Origin: a virus
Strand: one strand, 5' to 3'
Length of the DNA stretch: 64,000 bases
IMG/VR virus record: IMGVR_UViG_3300027756_000004
Both the position numbers and the translations under genes were made by a program. The notes beneath the pieces were generated by a model. That model saw nothing but the letters and a program-made list of their open reading frames with translations, was not told the origin of the DNA and did no database searches. This document shows, piece after piece, positions 8,723 to 22,500 of this stretch (position 1 is its first letter; each line of letters begins with the position of its first letter).

Positions 8723-10915
8723 TTACACAGTGGATGTTAAATCACTGTGGAATGTCCAAGCACCCCCTGAAACTATGAATTGTTTTAATCCTCTGCTGAC
8801 CACAGCATTTACAGTGCCAGTAACAGTGCTGAAAGCCACATCCTGCAGCACAGTTTTGTTGGAATTACCCAACTGAGGTGTTCTAGAAACAGTGGCACTT
8901 GATGTGTTGTATAGCGCACCACTCACTGCATTAATTGTGGGTATGGTGGCAGAAACGTTGATGTCAAATTGTGTGCTGGGCACAGCATTTTCTATCACTT
9001 TGGCCACAGTGTAGGTGCCATCGAATCCTGTGGCAGCAAACACTCCTGATCCATTACAACCTGCAATGGTCACTGTGTTGCCCACTTCATAAAAATGTCC
9101 TGACGGAGTGGTAATTCTAATATGTCCTGAATCCAACAGTGCTGCACCACTGAGATAGGTCTGAATGGTTTGCACTGTGTTGGGAGCAGCATTTAAAGTT
9201 TGATCCACTGCTGTGAATGATTCATCCAATGCAGTGTTTAAATTTGCTCCAGGAATATTCACAGCTAAAGAACCTGACTGCACTGTGTGTACTCTGGCTA
9301 TTCTACCTGTGGCACTTGAGGGTATTCCCAATCCTGCTGCTGAATATCCTGCCACTGGATACAAATCATTTAATAATCTTATGATGCTGCCATTTACTCC
9401 GCCTGCCAATGCAGAAAATCCTGTGATGTCTGCCACTAAACTGATGGGCAAGTATCCATCCACATAATCTTTTCTTACAGCATCTGAAGCTGCGCTGGGC
9501 AAACCAATTCCTGTGATCCGAGCAGAGCCTTGCACGCTGATAATGTTTGTGCTGGCTTGCAGTTGTAAATTTCCTGTGGCACTCAGTGTGATGCCTGACA
9601 GTGATAAATTGCCCACATTCAAACTGGTCAAAGTGCCTATGCTGGTCAAGCCAGGTGCACTGATCACTGTGGCACCCAATGCTGTGTTGCTTAATACTGT
9701 GACTCCGTTTATTTTGTATTCTTTGCCAGTGGCCAAATTAAAATGTTCTGAACTTTTTAAAGAAGATGTGGAATTTTGCCACAATAATGTTTTGTTTGTG
9801 GCTGTCGATTTGATCACAATGCCGCCTCCATCTATGTAGGCATCGTCGCCCAAAGCTGTGCCGGTGATTGTGGCCAGTTCTATGGTTTTGTCTTCCACTC
9901 TTAAATCTTCTGCTGTGACTGCTGTGCTGGTGCCGCTGGTGATTAAATTGCCTTGTATTCGCACATCTCCTACGATATCCAAAGGATATGCTGGAGCTGT
10001 ATTGAATATGCCCACTCTTGCTGTGTTGGCTTTTACAAATATTGCTGTGTACTCTGCAGGATTTTTGGCAGTGATGGCAAAGTCAGCATTGCTGACATTG
10101 TTGGCAATGATACTGGTGTTGGGCAATGATGCACTGGAAAATTTCAACGTCAATTGGTTGGCCAATCCCACAGTCAATCCTAAATTGTTCTGCACAGTGA
10201 GAGTGCCTGTGGTCACATCGTTGGCGTCACTGCGCAACAATGAATCAGCCAATATGGTATTGCCTACTCCATCTATTAGTCCTTCTGCCAATGTGGCTAC
10301 ACCTCTGTATTTGTATGTGTTACTGGTGAGATTAAATCCTGGAAAAATTATGCCTGTAGGATTGGATCCTGTGATTAGTTCTGCAATCACCTGCGAAGCA
10401 ATAGGAGTAAATTGTGCTGCACTCCAAACACCTACTAGAGTGTTTTGTACAAAAAATTTTAAAACTGTTTTGGTTTGATTTTGTGTGTTTAATATGCTTT
10501 GCGCCACAAATCCTGACACTCCTTGTGCAGCAGTGTGAGTTGGGCCAACCAAAACTAAATCAGTGCCATCAAAGAAACTCATCTGATTGGTTAAACTGTT
10601 CAGCCATATGTCACCTGTGGTCAATTGAGGTTGAGTGCTGGACACTATAATGCCGTTGGTGGCAAACGCTGTGCCATTGTAAACTTTTAATCTATTTTCT
10701 GATGTGTCATACCACAATTGGCCTCTCAACGGATTGGCTGGTGCAGATGAACTGGCAAAATTTTCCAGCAGTTTTACAAAATTTTCGTTGATTAGTTCAC
10801 CAAACCCTTTGTAATTTCTACCGATCAGTGTGATGTCAGATGCTGATGTGTTTATACTGCCATCCAGCAAATCCACCAACAACGTTCCATCAGTTTTATT
10901 AATTTTATAAGCCAT
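8723..10915 (-). CDS. Baseplate-attached tail fibre protein
   Basis: Same N-terminal module; VGIFNTAPAYPLDIVG fibre motif; DAVRKDYVD motif. Confidence 0.7.
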   Translation of the reverse strand: MAYKINKTDGTLLVDLLDGSINTSASDITLIGRNYKGFGELINENFVKLLENFASSSAPANPLRGQLWYDTSENRLKVYNGTAFATNGIIVSSTQPQLTTGDIWLNSLTNQMSFFDGTDLVLVGPTHTAAQGVSGFVAQSILNTQNQTKTVLKFFVQNTLVGVWSAAQFTPIASQVIAELITGSNPTGIIFPGFNLTSNTYKYRGVATLAEGLIDGVGNTILADSLLRSDANDVTTGTLTVQNNLGLTVGLANQLTLKFSSASLPNTSIIANNVSNADFAITAKNPAEYTAIFVKANTARVGIFNTAPAYPLDIVGDVRIQGNLITSGTSTAVTAEDLRVEDKTIELATITGTALGDDAYIDGGGIVIKSTATNKTLLWQNSTSSLKSSEHFNLATGKEYKINGVTVLSNTALGATVISAPGLTSIGTLTSLNVGNLSLSGITLSATGNLQLQASTNIISVQGSARITGIGLPSAASDAVRKDYVDGYLPISLVADITGFSALAGGVNGSIIRLLNDLYPVAGYSAAGLGIPSSATGRIARVHTVQSGSLAVNIPGANLNTALDESFTAVDQTLNAAPNTVQTIQTYLSGAALLDSGHIRITTPSGHFYEVGNTVTIAGCNGSGVFAATGFDGTYTVAKVIENAVPSTQFDINVSATIPTINAVSGALYNTSSATVSRTPQLGNSNKTVLQDVAFSTVTGTVNAVVSRGLKQFIVSGGAWTFHSDLTSTV

Positions 10916-12942
10916 TATGGTGTTTGTCCTGAGTAAATTATATAATTGATAGTTAAAAATGGATTCATCACGTCCTGTGCTTGACCCAATGTTGCATTGT
11001 TTACTCCACCACTGCTGGCTATAGCAGAACCTTGTCCAGATCCTGTGGGTGCATCATATGTAATTGCTGTGACTTCTCCTGCGCCTATGCCTGGCACGTC
11101 TCTGATAGCATAATATTGAGCACCCGCCGCTCCTTGTAGATCATGTTCGTGTTCAGGTAAATTTTGTATTGGTATCACTTTGCTTTCTGTGCCACCAAAT
11201 CCGCCCAATGAATCTGCTGCTGTAGCTGTGACTCTGTTGGCTCCTGTGCCTCCCATGTTGTCACGTCCCAGAGGCATTCTGCCTCTGAAGTCTGGAATTA
11301 AAAAATGTGAACCTGTACCGCTGGGTGGTGCACCAAAACTGTGACCAATCACAGCAAACAATTCAGGAAACACACTTCTTAACACTTCTCTGCCGTCACA
11401 GAGTAACCAATATGGAGGTTCTATGTTGCCAGCATATGGAAAAATACTGCCTGCTGGAATTTGTGCTATGGCATTAAACAAATTGCCTCTGTTGATTTTA
11501 AAAACACCTGTGGTGCCAGACACTCTGTTGAATATAAATTCATCGCTGGGCAATGAAGATGCTTGTCCAGTTTTGTTGGCTATAAAACTGTTGCTGACTG
11601 CAGTCACAAAAGTCTTTGTTGTGCCACCTGTTTGTCCATCAAAAGTAAAACTTGCAGCACTGACGTCACCGCTCATAGCAAATGTAGTCAAACTGGTCAA
11701 TTTGTTGCTGGTACCTGAAGCACCACTCACAGTGCCCGTGATGTTGCCAGTTAAATTACCAACAAAATTATTGGCATACACATTTAAATATCTGTTGTTG
11801 ACTGCGCCAATATTGTATGTGTTGTTGGCATTGGGAGCAATGTCTCTGCTGGTGATATTGTCTTGAAATATGGCCGCTTCACCCACATATAATTTTTTTG
11901 CTATGCCAACTCCACCTTTAACTATTAATGCTCCAGAAGTAACACTGTTAGCATTGGTCACAGCATCCACAAACAATGCACCACTTGATTTAATATTACC
12001 AGTGACATCCAAAGCTTCTGACGGAGCCAAAGTATTGATACCTACTTTTGCGTCTGAATCTATTCTCATCACTGTACGAGTAACACCTTGATCATTCACT
12101 CTAAAATCTATGTTAGCACCTGAAGTCTTATGGCTGATGATTGCTGCTTGGCCTTCTATACCAATGTTTAGTGTGGCACTGTTGCCCACGTCCAATCCAT
12201 CATTGCTGTTGATTTTTAATGAAAAGTCAGCTATGTTGGCTTTGTCTTTTCTTAAAAATAAATTTCCTGCAACAATTTCGTTATTTGCAGCAATCAAAGC
12301 ATTGGCTTTTTCAGCGGTGCCATAAAATTGTCCCACACCTGCACCTTCAATATTTGCTGCACTGAGATTGAATCCTGGTTGAATGGTGCTGAAACCTGTG
12401 ATTGCAGCTTTGGGAGTGAATGCTTTGGTGCTGATGATGGCCACTGGTTTGGCTTGTACTTCCAACACCACAACTGTGTAAGTGAGGTTGTCTGTGCCAA
12501 TTATTTCTAATGGCTTACTGCCTGTGCTAAGTCCTTGACTGAATTCTGGTCCCACTAATACCCAGCCTGATCCTGTGAAAAGATACAATTGTTGATTGTC
12601 TGTGTCCACCCAAAGGTCGCCCACCACACTCTCGCCTGCCAGTGGTTGAGTTAATGCTTTTTTTAAACCACCTGAGGCCACCCATTGTGTGCCGTCATAA
12701 ATTTTTAATTGATCCACACCCACTGTGGTATCATACCACAATTGTCCTTCTACTGGATTTGCTGGTGAAGTGTTTTTTGCAAAGTTTTCTAATAAGTGTA
12801 AAAAATTTTCTGCTATAATGGTACCGTATGAAGTGGTGTTGCGTCCTGGCAATGCCAAACTGGTTTGCTGATTGACTGTACCATCGTCCACAGTAAGACT
12901 GCCTTTGTTGACCACATCTGTAAAGTTTACTGTGTATGCCAT
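10915..12942 (-). CDS. Short tail fibre / baseplate protein with phage tail-collar domain
   Basis: Same N-terminal module; collar motif IPAGSIFPYAG...WLLCDG...LFAVIG...PDFRGRMPLG; NLPEHEH; MNPFLTINYII. Confidence 0.8.
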   Translation of the reverse strand: MAYTVNFTDVVNKGSLTVDDGTVNQQTSLALPGRNTTSYGTIIAENFLHLLENFAKNTSPANPVEGQLWYDTTVGVDQLKIYDGTQWVASGGLKKALTQPLAGESVVGDLWVDTDNQQLYLFTGSGWVLVGPEFSQGLSTGSKPLEIIGTDNLTYTVVVLEVQAKPVAIISTKAFTPKAAITGFSTIQPGFNLSAANIEGAGVGQFYGTAEKANALIAANNEIVAGNLFLRKDKANIADFSLKINSNDGLDVGNSATLNIGIEGQAAIISHKTSGANIDFRVNDQGVTRTVMRIDSDAKVGINTLAPSEALDVTGNIKSSGALFVDAVTNANSVTSGALIVKGGVGIAKKLYVGEAAIFQDNITSRDIAPNANNTYNIGAVNNRYLNVYANNFVGNLTGNITGTVSGASGTSNKLTSLTTFAMSGDVSAASFTFDGQTGGTTKTFVTAVSNSFIANKTGQASSLPSDEFIFNRVSGTTGVFKINRGNLFNAIAQIPAGSIFPYAGNIEPPYWLLCDGREVLRSVFPELFAVIGHSFGAPPSGTGSHFLIPDFRGRMPLGRDNMGGTGANRVTATAADSLGGFGGTESKVIPIQNLPEHEHDLQGAAGAQYYAIRDVPGIGAGEVTAITYDAPTGSGQGSAIASSGGVNNATLGQAQDVMNPFLTINYIIYSGQTP

Positions 12943-12954
12943 ATTTTATGTATG

Positions 12955-13557
12955 TTATAATCCTGAAAGACTTTGTATTCGCACTGTGTAATCTATCTGT
13001 ATTAATCTGTTTAAACTTTTTTGCACTGGATGGAAAATTACGTGTGTCAACAATCTTCCGGTGCCTGAACTGGAATAACTTTGTAAACCTAATTCATCAA
13101 ACACATAAAGATTTTCTGTGCCTGTGGCTGCGTCCACTGCGTCTTGTCCACTGGGTTCACCATAGTCTAGCAAACAAGTCACCAGGATGTCAGTGTAATT
13201 GGTACCACTCACGTGTCTAGTTTCAATTTTATTTCTCACTGGATCTGTGTTGCTAACTGATCTGTCATCAACCACTTTGCTGAATGTTTGATTATAAAGT
13301 GTGGCATTGGTGCCTGTGGAATTAGGAGTTAGATAGGTCACTATGCCTGTGGGATCAATGTAGGTACCACCTGTGCCGAACACCATGGAATTTATAAAAC
13401 CTTGACCTTCGTTGGCCAAACTTTCTGCCAATCCAATGCTCATGTTTTCATAATGAATAGCATTGCGTTTGTTCACCAGTATTTCACCAGTGGTTGGGTC
13501 TATTATCTTGATGTGTCCCTGTATCAGCGTGCCGTTGTGTTCATTAAAATTGTTCAT
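12955..13557 (-). CDS. Virion structural protein (baseplate region)
   Basis: 200-aa ORF with late TAAATA (13578-13583) and AAGGA RBS; FDELGL...HVIFHPVQKS. Confidence 0.6.
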   Translation of the reverse strand: MNNFNEHNGTLIQGHIKIIDPTTGEILVNKRNAIHYENMSIGLAESLANEGQGFINSMVFGTGGTYIDPTGIVTYLTPNSTGTNATLYNQTFSKVVDDRSVSNTDPVRNKIETRHVSGTNYTDILVTCLLDYGEPSGQDAVDAATGTENLYVFDELGLQSYSSSGTGRLLTHVIFHPVQKSLNRLIQIDYTVRIQSLSGL

Positions 13558-13580
13558 TCGATCATCCTTTTATCATGTAT

Positions 13581-16500
13581 TTATTGCGGCAAACTCACTT
13601 CTTTTGCACGCAAGAATCTTGCTATATCATTCTCTGTTTGACTCAATGCTGTGTATGCATTCCACACTCTGCCTAGTCTACGCACCACTGTAATACGGGT
13701 ATTTATAGGGGGAGCAACAGTTAGTGCTAAGGTAGTGGAACTGCCAGTCACACTGAATTCTGCTGGTAAAATTACATCTGCCTCTGGACTGTCCATGCCC
13801 AAAGTGGCATTATATTGCCTTATACTGTTTTTTCTCAATCTTTTGCCCGCCACAAACACTTCAAACTCATTTACCGATCTAGGTATCCAACTTAGCGTTA
13901 AATTTTCAGTGGATCCGTCACTATTAAAAACTTCAGTGACTGTTTCATCACTGTAAGGAACAGTTTGAAACGCAGATTGATCAAACACTTCAGTGCCCAC
14001 AGCATACAAAGATTTAATACCAGTACCCAGTGTACCGCGTCTCAACTGTGCCAATCTGTTGTCAAGTTTTAAAAAATATTCTATTCTTTCACCATCAATA
14101 AACAACACGCCAGGTCTGCCAAAGCTAGGATTCGGCACTGTTAATCCTTGAGTGTTTGCCAAGAATATTTCTTGACTGTACCAGTGAAGTGTTTGCGTAA
14201 GATAATATTTGTAATCATTACCTAAACGTTTAAAATGTGTTCTGTTCAACATGTCTTTAAATTGTCTAAATCCAAATTTCACATTGTATTTGGGTGCAGT
14301 AAAGTGAACAATATCTATCACATCATTCAACTGCAATGGTGTGTTAATTTTTAACAATTGCTGATCATTGGATATTTTGTAATCCACACTTGGTGCAAGA
14401 GTGGTACCATTCACAGATACCCAAACATATTGAGCATCCAAAGCAGGATCACGCAGACGTATTATGCCATTGGTTAAATTTTGATATTCAAAATAATCTT
14501 CACTGTTCACAGTCAATGAACTTCTTGCAACCACATCATAATTGATGCGATCTATTTGCTCCACATCATGATTGGTAAACTGCCATACTTTTATAGTTTG
14601 ACCTATAGTTGGCGCTGTGTCCAAAGTCAACACGTTGCCTACCACTGTGTAGTCACCATCTGAAATCACATAAACTTTTAATTTGTCCCCCACTGTGCCC
14701 ACGCCTGTTTCTAAAACCACGCTGCTGTTGGCACTTTCCCATCTGTATTCAGTAGAAGTAAGTTCTAGGCCATTCAAAAAGGCTCTCACATCAGTTCTTA
14801 AAACAGTGGCCGCCGGTTGTTGCCAATTGTTTAGAGCATATTCTCTTATAGCACTTACATCAAATCTTTCATTGTATCCAGCATTCAGCACACTGTTGCC
14901 TATTTTCACTATCACATTGTGTGTGAGTGGTTCTTGATTGAAAGGAGTAGGACTTAAAGTGTACACAGCAGTGCTGCCGTCACCCAAGAAGTCATCATAG
15001 GTTACTTCGCTGAAAGTTTTGGCTACACTGGCATATATCACATAGGTAATAATGCTGCCTTGAGCTGGTGGCACTGCAAAGTTGATCAATGTTTTGCCAG
15101 TGTATTGATATCCACTGTCGGTTTCTCCCAACACATATGACACAGTTTCTCCATTCACTTTCACATAAGATGATTGATTAGATGTGAATTTGGCTCTGGT
15201 CACAAATATAAATGTGCTGCCATCTCCCAAGAATTGATCAGTGTCTATTATACCTTCACCGTTAATGCTCATAGTGATAATATTGATCTGCGCATTGTTG
15301 GCCGGAGCAGAGTTGAATACCAATGTCTTGGATGGAAAATCTGTAGTGAAATTTGTGTTGCTCACTATTATATTGTTGACTTTGACAAATACAGAGTCTT
15401 GACTCTGTGGTAAAGAATCTATAGTAAATGTAGTGGTAGAACCATTGCCTTTGTAATTGTAGCTGTTAATTCTACTGCCAGTTTCGCCTGATCTGTCATA
15501 CACTTGTATATCCACAGTGTCCAACACTTGTCCTGGCACCAGTTCTTCTGGACCTTTGCTGGTGGTAGGTGTCACAAATCCATCACCATCCACAATGATA
15601 TCTTGAGCTAATATTCCTGTGGCTGTGTTGTAGGCAAGATTTCCACCTTGTAATAATGTGTCATAAGCATCAGGATCTGGCAAGAAACTACCATCACTGC
15701 TGGATTTACGTATCACAATTAGATCATTGTTCACAGTGGGAATAGTTTGTTCATTGATCTGTACCACTGAAGTAGATCCATCGCCAATTATGGTTTTCAT
15801 CAATGCATTCACGTTGGTTACTGGATTCACAGTGCCAAAGTTTGGATCATCTATTCGCACACCATTTTTGTAAATGTTGTAGTTTACACCTGCCGCTAAA
15901 GGTTTACTTAGATTGAAGGTGTTGGTGCTGCCATCCAATCTAAACACTTCGTCTTCAAAAGTTGTATCATAGGTATCCCATGTGGAAGTGAAAAACGGAT
16001 CTGCGTCCCAACCAGCGCCGCCACCAAACGAAAAACTACGCACCTCTACTCCACCATAATCTATACCTTCAATCAGCTGTCCTAAATCTTTGCCCAGTTG
16101 ACCTGTGACTGGATCATACAATAGATTCACTCTGTCTTGAGTCTGCAACACATTGGCATCTATTTCATATTGTATCTGTATGGTGCTGCCTACAGTAGGA
16201 GGTTGAAAAAACGTCACAAATCCTTTGGATCTTATGTAGGATTTGCTGGTGTCCTCTGCATTATTGTACACATATTCACTGAACAACGCTCTTCTTTGAT
16301 TCACTGTCACTGTGATTTTGTTAGATTTAAGATTGATAGGCCATTTTAATAAAAATTTAAGTTGATTTCCTGTGCCCACAAAATTTTCAGTTCTCACAAG
16401 ATCAGTGATCAATAATGTGCCAGTGGTTCTATCAAATTTTACTCTAATGTGCGTGGATTTAATCAAAGCTTCACCCAGCACAGCCACAGCAGTGGCAGTG

Positions 16501-19500
16501 TAACCACCCGCACTCACTGTGCCTTGTATGCTGATTGTTGGAGCTGATATGTATCCTGATCCTTTGTTGGTAATTTCAATACGTGTAACTCTTCCATTGG
16601 TCACGTATGCTGTTGCAGTGGCTCCTGTGCCGCCACCACCTGAAATATGCAACACAGGTATGCCCAAATATCCGCTGCCTGGATTGGAAATTTTAATTTC
16701 TTTAATTTTGAAACCTAAATTATTCAGCCAATGTTTATTTGGATAGGTATCGGCAAGATTATATCCAACCAATTGATCATTAATAATTTTTGCTACACTT
16801 GCTTCTATCTTATTGGTAGCAGCATTGTAAGTGGCTGGTAAATCAAAATCGGTTACGCCAACAGGATCATTGTCAATAGACTCATAGGCACTGATGTATT
16901 CCCTAACTTTGGTCTTGTAAGGTTTTACTTCACTGATGTAATCTTGATAATTTTCTAAATTATCATTTTTGTACACAACTTTTTGGGATAGTTCGCCAAC
17001 ATTGTGTTTGCCTTTGACAAAACTAGTTTTGAATGCCCAATCTACAAAAGACTGTTCATTGAATACATATCTCAAACTAGCAAAGAATAATTGATTGTAT
17101 TCTATTTCTAATTCATCAACAAAAATATAGTCTCTTATGGTTTCTAAAATTATTCTTGTTTCTGCAATGGGTTGAAAATCATAAGTGGCCAAGTCATAAC
17201 TGGTGCTGTTGAATCCTACTGTGACTGAAGCACTAAAATCATATAATTGTTTGGAAAATTGAATGGTACCATTCTGTCTACCCACAGTTTTATAATTTAT
17301 TGTGTAATCCACATTGAGTAGATTGGCTATTTTTTCAAGCAATATCCATCCACCAGTGCCTATGTTTTCAATCTTAACTATGTCACCAATTTCATCGTCT
17401 ATCAGTTGCAATTTGTAACTGTCTGAAACATTATAATTTATTTCAGTAAATTTTCCATAGCCTTCTGCATACCAGTCTATATAATTCCAAAATAAATTTA
17501 CGTTGTATGCTTGCAACATAGTTCTGTTATAAACGCCTTCTACATTGTCCCAACTGTAAATTGCCCATTTACCATTAACATTAGCATCGGATTCAATTAA
17601 CACACTGAATTTTCTTACTTCTATGCGGGTGCTTGTGCTGTAATTACTGCCGCCACGATTTATTAAAACATTGTTAATTTGTCCAGATACATTTATTTGG
17701 AGTGTAAAATCCGCACCAGTGCCTGTACCTGTGGGGTCTATTATTTTATAAGTTGGTGCTACTTTATAGCCACTGCCAGATGCAGTAATAATTACGTTGA
17801 TTATTTTTCCATCTTCAATTACAGGAATTAATGTTGCAGGGGTAACGTTTGCTGTTGCCACAAAAGATAGATCTGCAAATGAATCTCTAGTTAAATCGTA
17901 AAATCGTTTTACGCTGTTAGGTTTTTTTTCTGATTCAGACAACCTACTAATATTATTATTAAAAACTATTAAATTTTTACTGCATACTGCATTTACTCTT
18001 TCAATGGCTTGTTTTAATGCTTCCACACGGTTTACGAACCAACTTTGTCTTGGTTTTCTCAGTGTGCCATATTTGTATTTGACACTTAATTTTTCATCTG
18101 GCACTGTATTGTAATGTTCATCATAACCAATTAAACTATTAAACCACACAGCTTCTATTTCTTTTTTAGGTTTACTGTAGTTAACTCCGTCACTAATCAA
18201 TTGATATTGATTGTGTATGTTAATATTTTTATCTTCTATGTTCCAAAAACTAAAATTAATAGCCACATCTGTATTTTCTAACAAATTGCTTATGTTATGC
18301 AATGAAAATTTATTGTTATTCAATAATGTTACATATCTATAAAATTGTTTTCTTGGGTCTTCTATCAACTGAGCCACATCAAAAGCACTGAGTTTTCTGC
18401 CTTCCATGTTAGGCAATGTTTTTTTGTTCTTTACCCAAAAGTAATATCTATTACTGAAACTTTTGGAAACATAATCATACATACGTCTAATTGCATAAGT
18501 GCTATTATTGTACAATGCAGTACCACTGATGCCTGCCAATATAGATGCAGCCGAATTGCTGGCGCCCAATGTGTTATATTCTTGTGGAGTATAAATGGAT
18601 TCAACCCATTCGCAAACATCTATGGATGATCCTGGAAACATTTTGTTCCAATAATTGTTGGCAAATATAATATTATTTTGATATGCATTATAAAATTTTA
18701 CAGTGCTGAGATTCCACCAGAGTCTACCTACTTGTTCTTTGTTCCAACTGGTCTGTACATCTAATGTGACATCTGTTTGTGCTGCGCTGGTGTACACTGC
18801 TGGATCATAGTTTGTTTTGTAGTATAATTCTTGTTCAGCTGTGCCAGCAATTTTTCCTTGCACTGGATCCAGGTAATCTAGTCTAGAAAGAAGTTTTTTT
18901 GTTTTTACATTGTATAAAAATATTGATTTTACCTTGTTTACGTCTACAGGATACATGGGAGACTTGTGAGAAGCCCATGTGCGTGCATCTGCAGGTTTTC
19001 TAAAATTAATAATTAATCCTTCAGTGTTTGGTGATGCAAGATCATTTATATAATAAGGCAATGATGCATACACATGATTGTCAACTATTTTTAAATTTTT
19101 TCCAAATTCATTAAGATTGGTGTTGTTGATGCTGAATTCATCAGCATATATCAATACTCCATTATAATCTTCATACACGTATATGGATCCTGTGTTGTAA
19201 ACCTTGGTGTTGAATGTGGTGGCACCTCTGTCAAAATATGTTAAGCCTTGATCCAAAGTAAAATTCAATTCTGTGTCACCATTCAAACTGGACACCACTA
19301 AGGTACTGCCATCAAAATCTATGTTGTTTCCAAATCTTTCTGTGGCTTTGGGTTGAGGACTGATTAGTGTTTGTACTGATTGAAACACTCCATTAATTTG
19401 CTTATAAATGTATACTACCCCGCCATCTGTGGTGCTTTGATCTGCACGAGGACTGGACACAGCTAAAAACATTCCGTCGCTGCTGATAGCAATTTTACTG

Positions 19501-22500
19501 GCAAATTCTGTATTGTCTTCTCCGCTGTCTGGTGATACTATAGTTTGTGAAAACTGATATCTGTTATTGATCAATCTATAAACTATTACTTTCTTTTCAA
19601 TGGTGGAATCCAATTGATCATCAATTGACACTGCCAACACTGATCCTGAATCATTTATATCAAATGCCACTCCAAAAGCCAAAGGTGCTTGAATATTTTG
19701 AGTGCTGTCACCTTCAAGAGTAGGAAAGATAACTGGTGGCGATCCTGGAGCGATCCCTTGAGGCACGCCTGGTGGTACAAAACCTAAATAGTCTGTGCCT
19801 TCAGTTTGTGCTTCCCAAAATGTGGCATTAAAGCTGCCAGGTCCTTGAGTGGTTAAACTTTTAAATATGACATCATTATAGGCCACTAAATCATCTGTGT
19901 AATATGTGTCTGTGCTGTCAAATAATCCTGTGTAATTTGCATCCACACTCACTTGAAAATCAAGATTGGCTTTTTTAAAGAAATATAATCTACCAGCACC
20001 TGTGCCACCATTGGTGGTTGCTGTGCCCACAAAAAGCGTGTTCACATTGTTGTGTTGTCTCAGTTTGATGGATGATCCTAACCCTAAAAAATTACCTGCG
20101 CTTGATACTATTGCAGGTTGTGCTGCAGGCACTATAAAATTATTGGTCAAAACGTAGCTGTTGTTGCGTTGACGTTGATACACCAAAAATATACCTTGTT
20201 CAGTCAATCCTGAAGTGTAACCCACCCCAGCAGGTATGTTGAAAGTTTGTACATAATCTCTATTCACTTTGGATGGCACGCTGGCACCTCTGCTAATTCC
20301 ATCCTGCGTGATGTCTTGATATAGATAGTATTCCAAACCATTTATAAAGTGATAAGCACTGTTGCTGGTTGGGGTTAGAACAGCTCCAGCATCAAACACC
20401 AACAATGATCCAGACACTGCATTTTCTAATTCGCTTACTTGTATAATACCCACTGTTCTATTTGGAGTACCCACTAATATCAATGCTGTGCTGGGTCCTA
20501 AAGTGGATCCAAGACTGAACGGACCAGTTTTATTTTTGATGTATATTTGCAACAAATTAAAACCAATCACTTTTACATAGGCCACTTCTGCAGTGTGTCC
20601 TGTGTCATTATCCTGCACTGTGCTGCCTATGGTGGGAATATAGAATAGACCCAATCCATCTGGCTGTGCATCCACTCTTAAAAAACCATTCCACTTGTCA
20701 ATTATTTCATTTACACCATTGAGGTCATTGAAAGGTAAATCTAAAGCAATGGGTTCTATCACTGTGGCAGGAGTACCTGTTAGGATAGTGTTGAACCATA
20801 TACCCACTTCATCATAAGTTGCAGTGGGCAACACATCACTAAACTGTTTAGGCGCTCTCACTAAAAATCTATTGTCAAATACATCTCCCACAAATGTGCT
20901 GTAACCTGATATGGAGAATGTTTTGTAATAACTTAAGATACTCAACTGACTGGCTGAAGTGGCAGCCAACGGTAATCCTGCAGCCTGAGTGGCTATGGTA
21001 TCCAAACTGTTGAAGTAAAGAAAAGCTGTTCTTGGATCACCTGCTTTGATAATATCACGCACCACCAATGAACGCTTGTTGTCAAATTTACCTGAAGTGG
21101 TGCCTGGTGATGGCACATCTATTTTCCACCAACCTGCCACGCTGTCATAATCTTCCAATAAGATACGGGTATAATCCCCCACGGGCGTTGGACCTAATCT
21201 TATCTGTGCAGCGTCCACTAAATTACCTGTGACGTTTTTTAAGTATATGATAGATTGAGTGCCTTGAGTGAATATGTATGCCACTGTGCCATTGGCAGTA
21301 TCTGTGTTCAGCAAATTGCCCACGCTTGGTGCAGTGATTGTCAAATCTATATTGATTATTTGATCTATTTTTTCATCTATTACATGAGGCCCATCAATGA
21401 AAGCCTTGTCAATACCAACCGCATTGCCGCCGAAAGGCACGTTGCCTGTGGGATATTCAGTGGTGAGGTTGTTCCAATATAACACCAGTGTATCACCAAC
21501 TGCACTGCCTCTGTATTGATCTGTGGTGGCTCTTATCAATATATGATCAGCACCCACACCAGTGAAGGTGTAATTGCCTGTGATCATCTGTTTAATTTCT
21601 GGATATGTGCCCGTGCCTGCATCATAATGTGCTTCACTCCAAAAACTGGTGGCACTGAATGTGGTAAAGTCCACTGAAGGATCTTGTCCCAGCACTGGAT
21701 TTACCACACGCCACAATTGTTGTTTATGGAATACTATGTCTCCAATAGCATAAGATGCTGATATATTATATTGACCTTTATAATATGATTTTACGTTGGA
21801 TGCTTTGGGAGCTCCTACCACAAGAATTTTTCCATCTGGACTGATGTCCAATGTTGCGCCGAAATCTGCATTGCCGGTCCATATGTCTTGTGGCACGTCT
21901 ATCACTTGTCTCAGAGTGAATTGTCCAGAATTTGATCCGCGTTGATATACTAAAAGACCAATGTTTTTATCTGCAACCACCATCACATTGTTGCTGTCGT
22001 CCACTGCTATGCTTTGACCATAAGTACCGCTGCTGTTGGTGTTGTAATTTAAAATCTGTTGATGTTTTATAAAAGTTTTTTTATTTTTTAACACTGCCCA
22101 ATCATTTAGATTGTTGTTTTCTATCCAAAATAAATCATTGTCTTTGAATCCAATAAATTCTAATGCTTTTGCATTGATCGCTTGCAGATTACTTAACTTG
22201 GCACTGACAAACTTACCAAGGAATCCATATGAAGATCCGTCGTTGCTTGTGATTTGTGTAGCACCATTTTTAGCACACGTGATTTTGTCTAAGGCCACAC
22301 TTTTAACTTTGAACAATTGTGTGGAGTTTTGTTGTGGAATAGTCACAGAAATTATATCATCCACTGCTAACACAGCAGGCACATTAGTGTTAATAATAAC
22401 GTCATTACCCTGTTCGGCCACAGTGTATATTTTTAATTCTGTTTTCACGTGTTTGTAAATATTCCAGCTCTGTTTGAAAAATCCTATCCACACATATTGT

